The notes beneath the pieces were generated by a model. It did no database searches and was not told the origin of the DNA. It saw nothing but the letters and a program-made list of their open reading frames with translations. 22,155 nt of DNA, from assembly GCA_031425655.1 (NCBI GenBank), contig JANPJS010000065.1:1-22155 (forward strand), read 5' to 3'. Source of the stretch: Abditibacteriaceae bacterium (GTDB lineage Bacteria > Armatimonadota > Abditibacteriia > Abditibacteriales > Abditibacteriaceae). Positions 7,732 through 16,680 of the stretch are shown here, piece after piece. A program made the translations under genes and the position numbers. Within the stretch, counting starts at the first letter, position 1, and each line of letters opens with the position of its first letter.

Positions 7732-7764
7732 ACAGCAAGCAGCAATTCAAACGTCCCGACTGAT

Positions 7765-7857
7765 GCACAACAAGAAGATGCACCCGACCGCCGACCGCCT
7801 GCGCTCGTCGTGCCTCCTCACTGCCCTTCCGGCGGCGAGTCAGCTTGGTCGTTGTTA
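7765..7857 (+). other. attC-like recombination site 2
   Basis: R'' GCACAAC, spacer AAGAA, then GATG(C)ACCCG(A)CCGCCG pairing imperfectly with CGGCGGCGAGTCAGC. The two bulges correspond to the canonical bottom-strand extrahelical G and T. Ends TTGGTC-GTT at 7851. Confidence 0.75.
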
Positions 7858-7894
7858 ATTGTCTGTGTGTCAAGTAAGTAATTACCAAATCTAT

Positions 7895-9067
7895 TTATAA
7901 AGACTTGGTTTCTTCGTGAACTTCTTCGGTTTGATGTGGGTGCGGCTGTAAATAGGGAAGCGTTGTGCGGTCGCCGATCCACGTCGTGGGAGCCGAGGCG
8001 AATAGTTTGGCCAGATTATTTAAATCGGCTGCATAAACAGAGCGTTTTTCCGAAAACTCCTGCCACGAATCGCTTTCGAGATTGAGTTTATATCCGGCTT
8101 TTTCCAGACGGCGGCGGGCGTGACGAAACTCTTGAAATTCCACTCCGGGATGAGGCAGCCACTTCATGTTTTTTTGTTTTTTGCGAGTTTTCGTCGGTAA
8201 GCGAAATCGAAAATAAATACTGAGGTCGGCGATAGCGTGGCAGCCCAGACGATACATCATTTGCGCCGCGCCATGCCCGACGCGTTCTTCATCGGGGCCG
8301 GATTCCACGGCGGTGATTATCAGCGTGGAGGCATCTAAAACCGCGCCCATCGCGCTGATCCACGATTCGTTGTCGTGCGAGGAACGGAAAAACGGCAACA
8401 GCGGATAAGCTAAATGGCTGTCCAGCACGTCGGCTGTCCACAATTCCCATCGCTCGAAAGTGAAATGCAGTTGGTCGGTCATTTTTAGCGCCGCATAGGT
8501 TTCGAGCATCGTGATGCCTGAAGGCGGTGCTCCGGCGCGACCATCGAGCGTTAAAACCATGATTTCGCGCCGTGCGAAGGCTTGATAAAGCGTAAAAAGC
8601 CATGAAATTACCAGGGCGAATGTCGCTAATCCGGCGGCGCCCGCCGAGAGGAAAATCATGCGCGCGAAACTGGTATTGGGCACGAAATCGCCGTAACCGA
8701 TGGTTAAAAGCGATGTGCCCGCGATATAAAACGCGCCTGTCCAAGTGGATGGAACGGGAGTAATTTGCTCGCGCAGGGCATGAACCGCGAAACCGTAGCC
8801 AACCGTCAGCTGCGCCACCCAGAAAATAAGAATGAGAATAACCGTGAGCGGTGCGAAAGCGCCGAGCAAATCATCTTGACGCCGCACCGACCGCAAGCGC
8901 AGCGCGCTTGGACGCCAGACTGCCCATAATTCGCGGATGAGAAGTGGGGCGAGGCGCCAGCGGCGGCTCGTCCAGCGCGGCACGACGACGGTTTGAAAAA
9001 CATCGTAGAGAACCGACGACACCAGCAGCGCACAAACGGTGAGTTGGAAAACGATTTCCAGAGTCAT
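7895..9067 (-). CDS. Potassium channel family protein (Ion_trans_2 pore plus cytoplasmic C-terminal domain)
   Basis: Pore helix and filter FYIAGTSLLTIGYGDFVP flanked by TM helices; C-terminal motifs SHLAYPLLPFFRS and SWISAMGAVLD. Confidence 0.9.
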   Translation of the reverse strand: MTLEIVFQLTVCALLVSSVLYDVFQTVVVPRWTSRRWRLAPLLIRELWAVWRPSALRLRSVRRQDDLLGAFAPLTVILILIFWVAQLTVGYGFAVHALREQITPVPSTWTGAFYIAGTSLLTIGYGDFVPNTSFARMIFLSAGAAGLATFALVISWLFTLYQAFARREIMVLTLDGRAGAPPSGITMLETYAALKMTDQLHFTFERWELWTADVLDSHLAYPLLPFFRSSHDNESWISAMGAVLDASTLIITAVESGPDEERVGHGAAQMMYRLGCHAIADLSIYFRFRLPTKTRKKQKNMKWLPHPGVEFQEFRHARRRLEKAGYKLNLESDSWQEFSEKRSVYAADLNNLAKLFASAPTTWIGDRTTLPYLQPHPHQTEEVHEETKSL

Positions 9068-9070
9068 GCT

Positions 9071-12000
9071 TTAATCGTTTTCGGCGCGCAGAATCGCACG
9101 TTGCGCTTCATCCGCTAATAAGTAGGCGGCAATTCTCGCCCGCGCTTGCGTGCGGTTATAGTCCGAGGGCGCGTCAGCGAGCATTTCTAAGCCGCGCACG
9201 GCATCAAGGGCCACCATGGCAGCGCCGAGATTATTTTGCGAAGCCGAAATCATCCACTGGTTTTCTTTCGGCAAGTTTTTGGAATTCAGCCACGAATTTT
9301 CCAACCAAAGCCGCGCCAGAGCCGGATTCTCCTGCGCGCGATAAAAACCGTAGCCTGCCGCAGACTCGGCGTTAGGATAGGTTTGCGCGGCTGCTAATTC
9401 CTCGGATTTGGCAAATAGCTTTTCCGATAAATCTTTATCGAAATCTCGCGCCAGAGTTGCTAAATAAGCGATATCGCCGTTAGGAGCATAAGCCTGCTCC
9501 AATGCCGGACGCATCAAGCGTGCTGCGATATCGAACTTCTTTTGCTGCCATGCTACGCGCGCAGCTTGAGAGCGAGAATTCAAGTCGAAGCCGGGCTGGG
9601 CTTCAATCCACTTTACGCCCGCTTCGAGATCGGTTTCGATTTGCGCTCGGCGCCAAATCGTCTCCGCGCCGGCGATTTGTTGCGGCATTCTCTGGCCTTC
9701 CTGACCGGCATTTTCCAGTTGCTTTTTAAAAGCCGGATCGTCGCGCAATGTCTGCAATTTATCGAGCAGCAGTTTGGCGCGCGATAAATCAAGCGGCGCA
9801 ATATGGCGAATCGAGCCAGACAGCGCATTGACGCGCGCTTCGATAGGCCATTCCTCGTCGAGTCTGCCAAAAGCCTCTGGGCCGCCGATGGCGAGCGCCG
9901 CGCCCCAGTTGGAAGCGTTTTCTACGATGGTTTTTTTGCCGGCCTGATCGGCTAAAGTGAGCGCCGCAAGCAGAAGTCCGTCCGCGTTTTTTTGGCCCAG
10001 CGCTTTTGCGATTGCGGCTAATCGAAACAAGCGCGTGGCATTTTCGACGTTTTGATTTGGCTTGTCTTTTTGCGCGGCGGCGAAAGTCAGCCACGCAGCG
10101 GCAACGCCGCGCGCGGCTTCGTCGCCTTTGAGCGCCGCAACGCTGGCAAACGCGGCTTCGGCGTTGAAGCGTTCCTGCCCGTCTTCAGGATGCGGTGCGT
10201 TTTTCAGCAGCACGGCACCGTTTTGCAGAAGCCATGTCGGATCGCGGCGGGCGCTTTCGCTCAAAAAAGTAAAAGTTGCGCTGCCGGCTTTGCTCCAATC
10301 GGCCTTGATTGAATCCAACTCGCCCGGCGGCAAAGCGCCGTCTTTTTGCAGCGCCAACGCCAGCAGGTTTTCGGTGCCGATGAAATCCCAGTAATTGTGC
10401 AACGACGAAAAGGGGTCTTTGATGAGTTGAGCGAAAAATTGCCGCTGCATCGAAGGCACTAAAACGCCGGGCTGCATCAGTTGAATCTCGGATTCCACGC
10501 CGGTTTTGGCCACAACGCGCGCGAAGCTTTTGCCGTGCGCGGTCAAGAGCGAAACTTCGCCTTCGGGCAAATTTTTCAAGGTGAAACGGCCTGTCGCATC
10601 GGCTTTCGCCGTCACGAATTTCGCGGCATCCGGCGAAGAAATCAGCGCGTTTGCGGCAGGCGCGCCATCTGGCCCCAGCACGCGCCCGCTTACGATGGAG
10701 ATCATTTCTACGACGATAGTGTCGGGCAGAGGCCAATCGTTGGTTTTGATGTTTTTGCCGTCTACTCCGGGGCTGCCCTTGCGGAAAAAGTAGCCTTCGG
10801 CCTCGACTTTGGTGACCGTTGGCAGATTGATTGAGCCGTTGAAAGCCACGCTAAATCGGCCTTCAGCATCGGTCGTCGCGTTTTTTCCTTCGGTGATTGT
10901 GCCTTGTGTTCTCTCTCCTTTCGTTTTGGCGAGACGCGAAACAGAAATCGTGACGTTTGCGCCGGATACAGCTTTGCCTGCGGGCGTGACGACGCGGCCT
11001 TTAATCTGGTGCTGCGCCAACTTGCGCACCTTGATTTCAATCGGCGCGGTTTTCTCGTTGAACTCGATTTTTGTGGCGGTCTCGGAAATGGCCTCGTAAT
11101 CCTCGGCAAAGCTCAGAGTGACGGCTCCTGCGGGCACTTGCACTTTAAATGTGCCGTCGGCACCCGTCACGGCTCTTTCGCCGCGTTGGCCCGTGTCATC
11201 GTTTGGGTAGCTTGCCGTGAAGGCGTAATCTTTGACGGGCGCGCCTTTTTCGTCTACAAGACGGCCTTGCAAGGTGAGCGCGCGGGTCAGAGCGACGCGG
11301 CCCATGTCGAAGGTTGTAGCGGCCGGCGGCAATTCGACTTGCTTCCAGAAAGGCACATGATCGGGATGCGAAACGCTCATGAACGTTTGTGGCGGCGCCA
11401 CGCGAATGCGAAAGCGGCCCTCGGCGTCCGAAGTTTTACTCTGGCCCATTGACGAATTAATTTTGGCGTTGGCGATGGGCATTTTGGTTTTCGCATCCAC
11501 CAACTGTCCGGTGATTTCTACGCCGCGTGTGGCTTTCCATTCCGGCGCTTCGTTCATTTGTCCCAGCGTCAATGGTTTTTGAATCATCAGCGGCGGCACG
11601 ATCCAATCGTTGTCTAAGGAAATCCCCATCAAAGCCATCGGAGCATTGGGCATATTCGGTATCGTTGGAATACCGACGTTTACAAGTGTGAAAGCGCCCT
11701 CGGCGTTGGTGCGGGGTAACTGAGAGCCGAAAAAATCGCCCGATAAAACATAAACGCCCGGCAAAGGTTTGCCGTCGGGCGTTAGCAATTTTCCCTTAAT
11801 GTCGGCGCCCTGTTTGGCAATCAGCGCGACCGGTTTGCCATCCGACGGGCCTCCCAGACCGGCAAAACCAGTCGAAGGGGCAAAACGCGGGTCTTTCAGA
11901 GCTACGATACCGCTGTTTACACCGTTTATCGCCCATTTTCCGGCGGCATCGCTGCGTGTCTCGACGGGCGTCAGCGCGGCTGTCCACTTGAGGAAACTGA

Positions 12001-12454
12001 GCATGTTAACCGGAGTCTCCATGCCTTGTCCGAAGCTTTTTTCGTCGCCCGGCGCGAAAATCAATTGCACCACGGCATCGGCGACCGGCTCTCCTTTGGC
12101 ATCCTTGACCGTTCCATGCAGGCCTTTAATCAGTTTTAGTTGAACTGTGTTGTCGCCCGCTTTGAGAGCGGTGTCGTTCAGCGCGAAAGCGGGCGCGATA
12201 ATGCGCGCGAAAGCGGCAGGCGCGGTGTCGGCGATGTCGAATGCGAAGGTGCCATCGGCGCCGGTCGTCAGTTGGCGCAGCGTGCCGTCTTTCTCCGAGT
12301 ATTCGAGGCGGCCCATTTCGCCGGCCCAAACCGCAGCGCCGGCCACGGGCTGTCCGTCGGGCGCAACCACTTTAGCGCGCACTTGCGCCGCGTGAATCGG
12401 GGCGCAAAACCAAGCGCACAACAAAACCAGCACGACGGCGATGAATGGACGCAT
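9071..12454 (-). CDS. Large secreted protein with repeated carboxypeptidase-regulatory-like (beta-sandwich) domains and a helical C-terminal region
   Basis: ATG 12454 follows an AGGAG RBS. Signal peptide MRPFIAVVLVLLCAWFCAPIHA. About seven repeats of G.V....G.PV.GA.V ... T...G.F, then an Ala/Leu-rich helical tail. Confidence 0.8.
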   Translation of the reverse strand: MRPFIAVVLVLLCAWFCAPIHAAQVRAKVVAPDGQPVAGAAVWAGEMGRLEYSEKDGTLRQLTTGADGTFAFDIADTAPAAFARIIAPAFALNDTALKAGDNTVQLKLIKGLHGTVKDAKGEPVADAVVQLIFAPGDEKSFGQGMETPVNMLSFLKWTAALTPVETRSDAAGKWAINGVNSGIVALKDPRFAPSTGFAGLGGPSDGKPVALIAKQGADIKGKLLTPDGKPLPGVYVLSGDFFGSQLPRTNAEGAFTLVNVGIPTIPNMPNAPMALMGISLDNDWIVPPLMIQKPLTLGQMNEAPEWKATRGVEITGQLVDAKTKMPIANAKINSSMGQSKTSDAEGRFRIRVAPPQTFMSVSHPDHVPFWKQVELPPAATTFDMGRVALTRALTLQGRLVDEKGAPVKDYAFTASYPNDDTGQRGERAVTGADGTFKVQVPAGAVTLSFAEDYEAISETATKIEFNEKTAPIEIKVRKLAQHQIKGRVVTPAGKAVSGANVTISVSRLAKTKGERTQGTITEGKNATTDAEGRFSVAFNGSINLPTVTKVEAEGYFFRKGSPGVDGKNIKTNDWPLPDTIVVEMISIVSGRVLGPDGAPAANALISSPDAAKFVTAKADATGRFTLKNLPEGEVSLLTAHGKSFARVVAKTGVESEIQLMQPGVLVPSMQRQFFAQLIKDPFSSLHNYWDFIGTENLLALALQKDGALPPGELDSIKADWSKAGSATFTFLSESARRDPTWLLQNGAVLLKNAPHPEDGQERFNAEAAFASVAALKGDEAARGVAAAWLTFAAAQKDKPNQNVENATRLFRLAAIAKALGQKNADGLLLAALTLADQAGKKTIVENASNWGAALAIGGPEAFGRLDEEWPIEARVNALSGSIRHIAPLDLSRAKLLLDKLQTLRDDPAFKKQLENAGQEGQRMPQQIAGAETIWRRAQIETDLEAGVKWIEAQPGFDLNSRSQAARVAWQQKKFDIAARLMRPALEQAYAPNGDIAYLATLARDFDKDLSEKLFAKSEELAAAQTYPNAESAAGYGFYRAQENPALARLWLENSWLNSKNLPKENQWMISASQNNLGAAMVALDAVRGLEMLADAPSDYNRTQARARIAAYLLADEAQRAILRAEND

Positions 12455-12490
12455 GAAACTCCTGACCGGCAAAAATGGGATGGCTTCAGT

Positions 12491-14476
12491 TTAGAGTTCT
12501 TCAACCAGCACGCGCAGCGTTTCGGAAACGCTCCACGCCTGGGCGAAGCAGCCGCGCGGCGCGTGCGGGGCATCGCCGTCGAATATCTCACTGATGCTGC
12601 CGATGCAGCCTTCATCAAGATGAGCAAGCAACGGGTGCAGCCATTCCATCGCTTGTTTTTTGGCCGCGCCGCTGTGGCGATTGACCCGCAAATAAGCCGA
12701 CAAAAACGGGCCGATGAGCCATCCCCAAACCGTGCCCTGATGATAACTGCCGTCGCGGTGCCACGGATCGCCGATATAAATGCCTTTGTAACGCGAATCG
12801 CGCGGGCTGAGGCTGCGCAGGCCGTGCGGCGTCAGCAATTCGCGCTGCACACAGGCCACGACGCGCTTTTCCAAATCGGATGACAGCAAACGGTGCGGCA
12901 GCGAGACCGCGAAAATCTGATTCGGGCGAATCGCGCCGTCGCGGTAATCGCCGTGAACATAATCGAAGAGGCAATTTTCCGCAGGATTCCAGAACGTGTC
13001 GGAGAAGCTCTTTTTAACTTTGCGACTCCAATCGCCGCAAATGCTCTTCATTTCGGCGTCGTCGGCGCGCTCGGCCATTGCCATCATTTGCTTCAAAGCG
13101 TTGAACCAAAGCGCCTGAATTTCCACCGGCTTGCCTTCGCGCGGCGTAACGACCCAGTCGCCGACTTTGGCGTCCATCCACGTCAGTTGCGTGCCCGCAT
13201 CGCCGGCACAAAGCAAGCCGTCGGCGGCGTCGGCTTTGATGCCGTAGCGCGTGCCTTTGATGTGCCATTCGATGCATTCGCGCAAAACCGGATAAATTTT
13301 TTCGCTGACGGTTTTCCAATCGCCGCTGCGTTCTAAATACATGGCCGTCGCGTGAAAATACCACAGCGTGGCGTCCACTGTGTTGTAATCGGGCGTTTCG
13401 CCGTGATCGGGAAAACGATTGGGAATCATGCCTTCGGACGCGGCTTTGGCGAAGGACAGCAAAATCGAAGCGGCTTCGTAAAAACGCCCGGTCGTGAGGC
13501 ACAGGCCGGGCAGGGCAATCATGGTATCGCGGCCCCAATCGGAAAACCACGGATAACCCGCCAAAACCGTGTGCAACTTATCGTGGCGGCGCACAATGAA
13601 TTGGTCGGCGGCTAAGGCCAGTCGTTTCGCGGGTTCGCGGCGCGGCGCGGGCAACTCGTCGTAAATCGCAGTTAGGTTATCGCGGCGCGCGATGGCTGCG
13701 TCTAAATAGGCGCGGCGATTGGTGGTTTCGTCAGCTTGTTCGATGGCCAAAGGCTCGGTCGAAAGGATAAAAAGCGCCGATTCGCCCGGTTTCAGACGCC
13801 AAACGAAAGCACCGGGACACCAGGCATCTTCAACGTAATCCAAGCCGCGTTCCATTTCCACGGCGTATTCAAAGGCGTAATACCAGGCGCCGGCTTCGCG
13901 GAATTCTCCATCGGCGGAAAAGCAAATCGGCGGGCAGCCGGAGTAGGGCCGGATGGTGATTTGCGTGCTGCCCGACTCGCCGGAGCGTTCGAGATGCGTG
14001 TTGAAATCCGTATTAAAACGGTGGCTGGAATGATAGTCGCGGCCCGTCACGAAAGGATGCACGCACAGCGTCACGCCGGATTCAGGGCCACAAAGCAGCG
14101 TGTAGCGCACGCAAGTCCGGTTTTGGCCGTGCGGCATCCACAGCGTTTTTTCCAGCGACACATCCGGCGCGCCGTCGTGACCCGCGATGCGGTAATTCCA
14201 CTGCGGCAGAGGAGTCGCCGAAAAGTGTTCCAAAAACTGATAGCCGTTCGGATTGACCGCGCCGGAGTATTGATTGCAGCCCAATTCGACGTGCCTGTCG
14301 CCGATAATCAGCGTTTCATCGGCCTTATTGACCAGCACCATGCGGCCCAGAGGCGGCTGCGTGGCGGCACAAAGCAAAGCGTGATAACGACGTGTGTTAC
14401 AACCGATGACCGTCCCGCAGGCATAGCCGCCGATGCCGTTGCTTTCCAGCCATTCGCGCGAAAGATCGAAATTCAT
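12491..14476 (-). CDS. Glycogen debranching enzyme-like amylo-alpha-1,6-glucosidase (GDE_N + GDE_C)
   Basis: Motifs EWLESNGIGGYA, TRRYHALL, AGYPWFSDWGRDTMIALPGL, TWMDAK, IRPNQ, YHQGTVW and QAWSVSE. Confidence 0.93.
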   Translation of the reverse strand: MNFDLSREWLESNGIGGYACGTVIGCNTRRYHALLCAATQPPLGRMVLVNKADETLIIGDRHVELGCNQYSGAVNPNGYQFLEHFSATPLPQWNYRIAGHDGAPDVSLEKTLWMPHGQNRTCVRYTLLCGPESGVTLCVHPFVTGRDYHSSHRFNTDFNTHLERSGESGSTQITIRPYSGCPPICFSADGEFREAGAWYYAFEYAVEMERGLDYVEDAWCPGAFVWRLKPGESALFILSTEPLAIEQADETTNRRAYLDAAIARRDNLTAIYDELPAPRREPAKRLALAADQFIVRRHDKLHTVLAGYPWFSDWGRDTMIALPGLCLTTGRFYEAASILLSFAKAASEGMIPNRFPDHGETPDYNTVDATLWYFHATAMYLERSGDWKTVSEKIYPVLRECIEWHIKGTRYGIKADAADGLLCAGDAGTQLTWMDAKVGDWVVTPREGKPVEIQALWFNALKQMMAMAERADDAEMKSICGDWSRKVKKSFSDTFWNPAENCLFDYVHGDYRDGAIRPNQIFAVSLPHRLLSSDLEKRVVACVQRELLTPHGLRSLSPRDSRYKGIYIGDPWHRDGSYHQGTVWGWLIGPFLSAYLRVNRHSGAAKKQAMEWLHPLLAHLDEGCIGSISEIFDGDAPHAPRGCFAQAWSVSETLRVLVEEL

Positions 14477-14490
14477 AATGATACCTTTGG

Positions 14491-14572
14491 CTCGATACTC
14501 GATACTCGATGCTTGATGCTGGATGGTGTGAAGTGAGCATCCAGCATCAAGTATCGAGCATCAAGTAACGAG
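14491..14572. repeat. Tandem-heptamer palindrome: (CTBGATR)x5, 12-nt spacer, complementary units x5
   Basis: ctcgata ctcgata ctcgatg cttgatg ctggatg / catccag catcaag tatcgag catcaag taacgag. Confidence 0.95.
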
Positions 14573-14646
14573 AAGCCTTTTCAGGGAGGCGCCGTTCGCG
14601 GAAAATGTAGCAAGATTCTCTGCTGTTCACAAGCTAATCCGTTTCC

Positions 14647-15690
14647 ATGAAACCAATTCACATTGCCGTGCTGAGTTTCGCGCATGGCCACGCCAACGCC
14701 TACTGCGACGTTATCGCAACCTTCGATGATGCCAAAGTCGTCGCGGCTTGGGACGACAATCCTGAACGCGGCGAAAGCGCTGCGGCTAAATATGGCCTCG
14801 ACTGGCACCCGCATCTCGATTCGCTGCTAACGCGCGCCGATATTGACGCTGTGATCGTGACTTGTCCGACTAATAAGCACGCCGAAGTCATCGAAGCGGC
14901 CTGCGCGGCGGGCAAACATATTTTGTGTCAGAAGCCGATGGCGACAACTCTCGAAGATTGCGACCGCATTATCGCAGCGGTGGAAAAAAGCGGCGTGCAT
15001 TTTCAGATGGCGTTTCAAATGCGCTGCGACCCGTTGAATCAGAAAATCAAAGAATGGGTCGAATCCGGCGCCATCGGGCGCGTCGGCGCGATTCGCCGCC
15101 GGCATTGCATCAATTTCTTGTTCAATGCGGGCTTGGCGCAATCGCCAAGCGCGTGGCATATTGACCCGGTGCAAAACGTCGGAATGTTCTTCGATGACGC
15201 GGTTCACGCCGCGGATTTTCTTTACTGGATTTTGGGAAAACCGATCAGCGTCATGGCTGAAATTGACAACGTGCTAACCGATGTCGCGCCCGACGACACC
15301 GGAATCGCGCTTTATCGCTGGCAAAGCGGCACGATGGGCGTGCTTTTCAACGCGTCGGTGACTTTGGCCGGAGAAAATACGACCGAAATTTACGGCGACG
15401 AAGGCACAATTATTCAAAACTGGGACGACGGCGTTTCCACGCCGCACGCGCCCAAAGGCGTTGCTCCGTTGAAATTGTGGCGCAAAAGCACCGGGCAATG
15501 GGAAGAATTCGCTTTTCAGGTGCCGTCAAGCCATTATGAGCGGCTCAAAGCCGTGCCGCGCCCGTGGATTGACAATCTGAAAGCCGGCACGCCGCCGAGC
15601 GTTTCGGCGCGCGACGGCAAAATCAGCGTGGAAATGTGCCTCGCTGCGTATCAAAGCGCCCGCGAGGGAAGACGCATCGAATTGAAGTAG
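14647..15690 (+). CDS. Gfo/Idh/MocA family NAD(P)-dependent oxidoreductase
   Basis: Motifs DAVIVTCPT..H, AGKHILCQKPM and DDAVHAAD. Atypical N-terminus SFAHGHA in place of GxGxxG. Confidence 0.9.
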   Translation: MKPIHIAVLSFAHGHANAYCDVIATFDDAKVVAAWDDNPERGESAAAKYGLDWHPHLDSLLTRADIDAVIVTCPTNKHAEVIEAACAAGKHILCQKPMATTLEDCDRIIAAVEKSGVHFQMAFQMRCDPLNQKIKEWVESGAIGRVGAIRRRHCINFLFNAGLAQSPSAWHIDPVQNVGMFFDDAVHAADFLYWILGKPISVMAEIDNVLTDVAPDDTGIALYRWQSGTMGVLFNASVTLAGENTTEIYGDEGTIIQNWDDGVSTPHAPKGVAPLKLWRKSTGQWEEFAFQVPSSHYERLKAVPRPWIDNLKAGTPPSVSARDGKISVEMCLAAYQSAREGRRIELK

Positions 15691-15692
15691 AA

Positions 15693-15799
15693 AATGGAAC
15701 ACGGAGCTTCGCGACGCGGAAACGCACGGATTTTCACGGATCAATCCAAAGAAAAACCGTGTCAACCCGTGGCCGTTTCCGTGAAATCCGTGTTCCATT
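15693..15799. repeat. Tandem-repeat palindrome with CACGGA / TCCGTG unit (~10 nt period)
   Basis: Outer arms AATGGAACACGGA / TCCGTGTTCCATT are perfectly complementary (13 bp), with further internal CACGGA and CCGTG copies. Confidence 0.9.
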
Positions 15800-15823
15800 G
15801 AAAAGTAAGGGACGAAAAATCTT

Positions 15824-16606
15824 ATGAAATTAGGCATGAACACAGTCGTTTTCGCCGGGTCGGATTTTGAAACGGCGCTGCAACACGTCGCGTGGGCCGG
15901 TTACGAATACGTCGAACTGGCCGCGATTTCGGGCATGGCGCCGCACGTCGAAATCGGCGACGACGCGGGCAAAATTAAAGAATTGCTGGCGATGAACCGC
16001 CTCACTCCGACTGCGATGGAAGCGGCCACCAACGATAAAGAGCGTTTGCGTGGCTTGTTCGCGCTGGCGCCAAAAATTGGCGTCGGTATTGTCAACATCG
16101 GCAGCGGCGGAACGAGCGGCGACGAAGAGTCCATCGTCGCAGCCATCGAATTGATGCGCGAATTCGCAAAAATGGCGGGCGATTGCGGCGTGATGTTAGC
16201 CGTCAAACCGCACGTCGGACAGGCGATTTACAACGCCGAAACTGGCCTGCGCCTGATGAATGAAGTGAGCGAATCGTCCATCGGCCTCAACTTTGACCCC
16301 AGTCATCTGGCCCGCGCTGACGAAGACCCGGCGCAAGTCGCGCCGCGTTGGGGCAGCCGCATCGTGACCTGCCATTTCCGCGATTGCCCGGTGCGCGTTC
16401 CCGGCCCGCCCGGAACACCCGAACAGCAAATTCCCGGTCGCGGCGCGCTCGATTTGCCCGGCATTTTGAAGTCGCTGAAAAGCATCGGCTACGAAGGCCC
16501 GGTCAATTTGGAAGTCATCGGCGCCAAAGATTATCCAACTTCGCGCGCGATGGGCATCGCCGCCGAAGCGCGCGGTTATTTGCATCGCTGCTTGCAGGAA
16601 ATCTAA
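15824..16606 (+). CDS. Sugar phosphate isomerase/epimerase, xylose-isomerase-like TIM barrel (AP_endonuc_2)
   Basis: Motifs AGYEYVEL, GLNFDPSH, HFRD, PGRGALD and GYEGPVNLE. Confidence 0.88.
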   Translation: MKLGMNTVVFAGSDFETALQHVAWAGYEYVELAAISGMAPHVEIGDDAGKIKELLAMNRLTPTAMEAATNDKERLRGLFALAPKIGVGIVNIGSGGTSGDEESIVAAIELMREFAKMAGDCGVMLAVKPHVGQAIYNAETGLRLMNEVSESSIGLNFDPSHLARADEDPAQVAPRWGSRIVTCHFRDCPVRVPGPPGTPEQQIPGRGALDLPGILKSLKSIGYEGPVNLEVIGAKDYPTSRAMGIAAEARGYLHRCLQEI

Positions 16607-16668
16607 GAGGCTGGGGGTTAGAGGCTGGGGACTGGTTTCTAAATTCCAGTCTCCAGTCTCCAGCCTCC
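16607..16668. repeat. Tandem-heptamer palindrome (GAGGCTG/GGGACTG ... CCAGTCT/CCAGCCT)
   Basis: gaggctg ggggtta gaggctg gggactg / ccagtct ccagtct ccagcct; same unit family as 3095-3244. Confidence 0.88.
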
Positions 16669-16680
16669 AAAAACTAAATC

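Noticed and set aside
12455..12472. TTG start for the large secreted protein
   Set aside because: ATG 12454 has an AGGAG RBS and begins a clean signal peptide.
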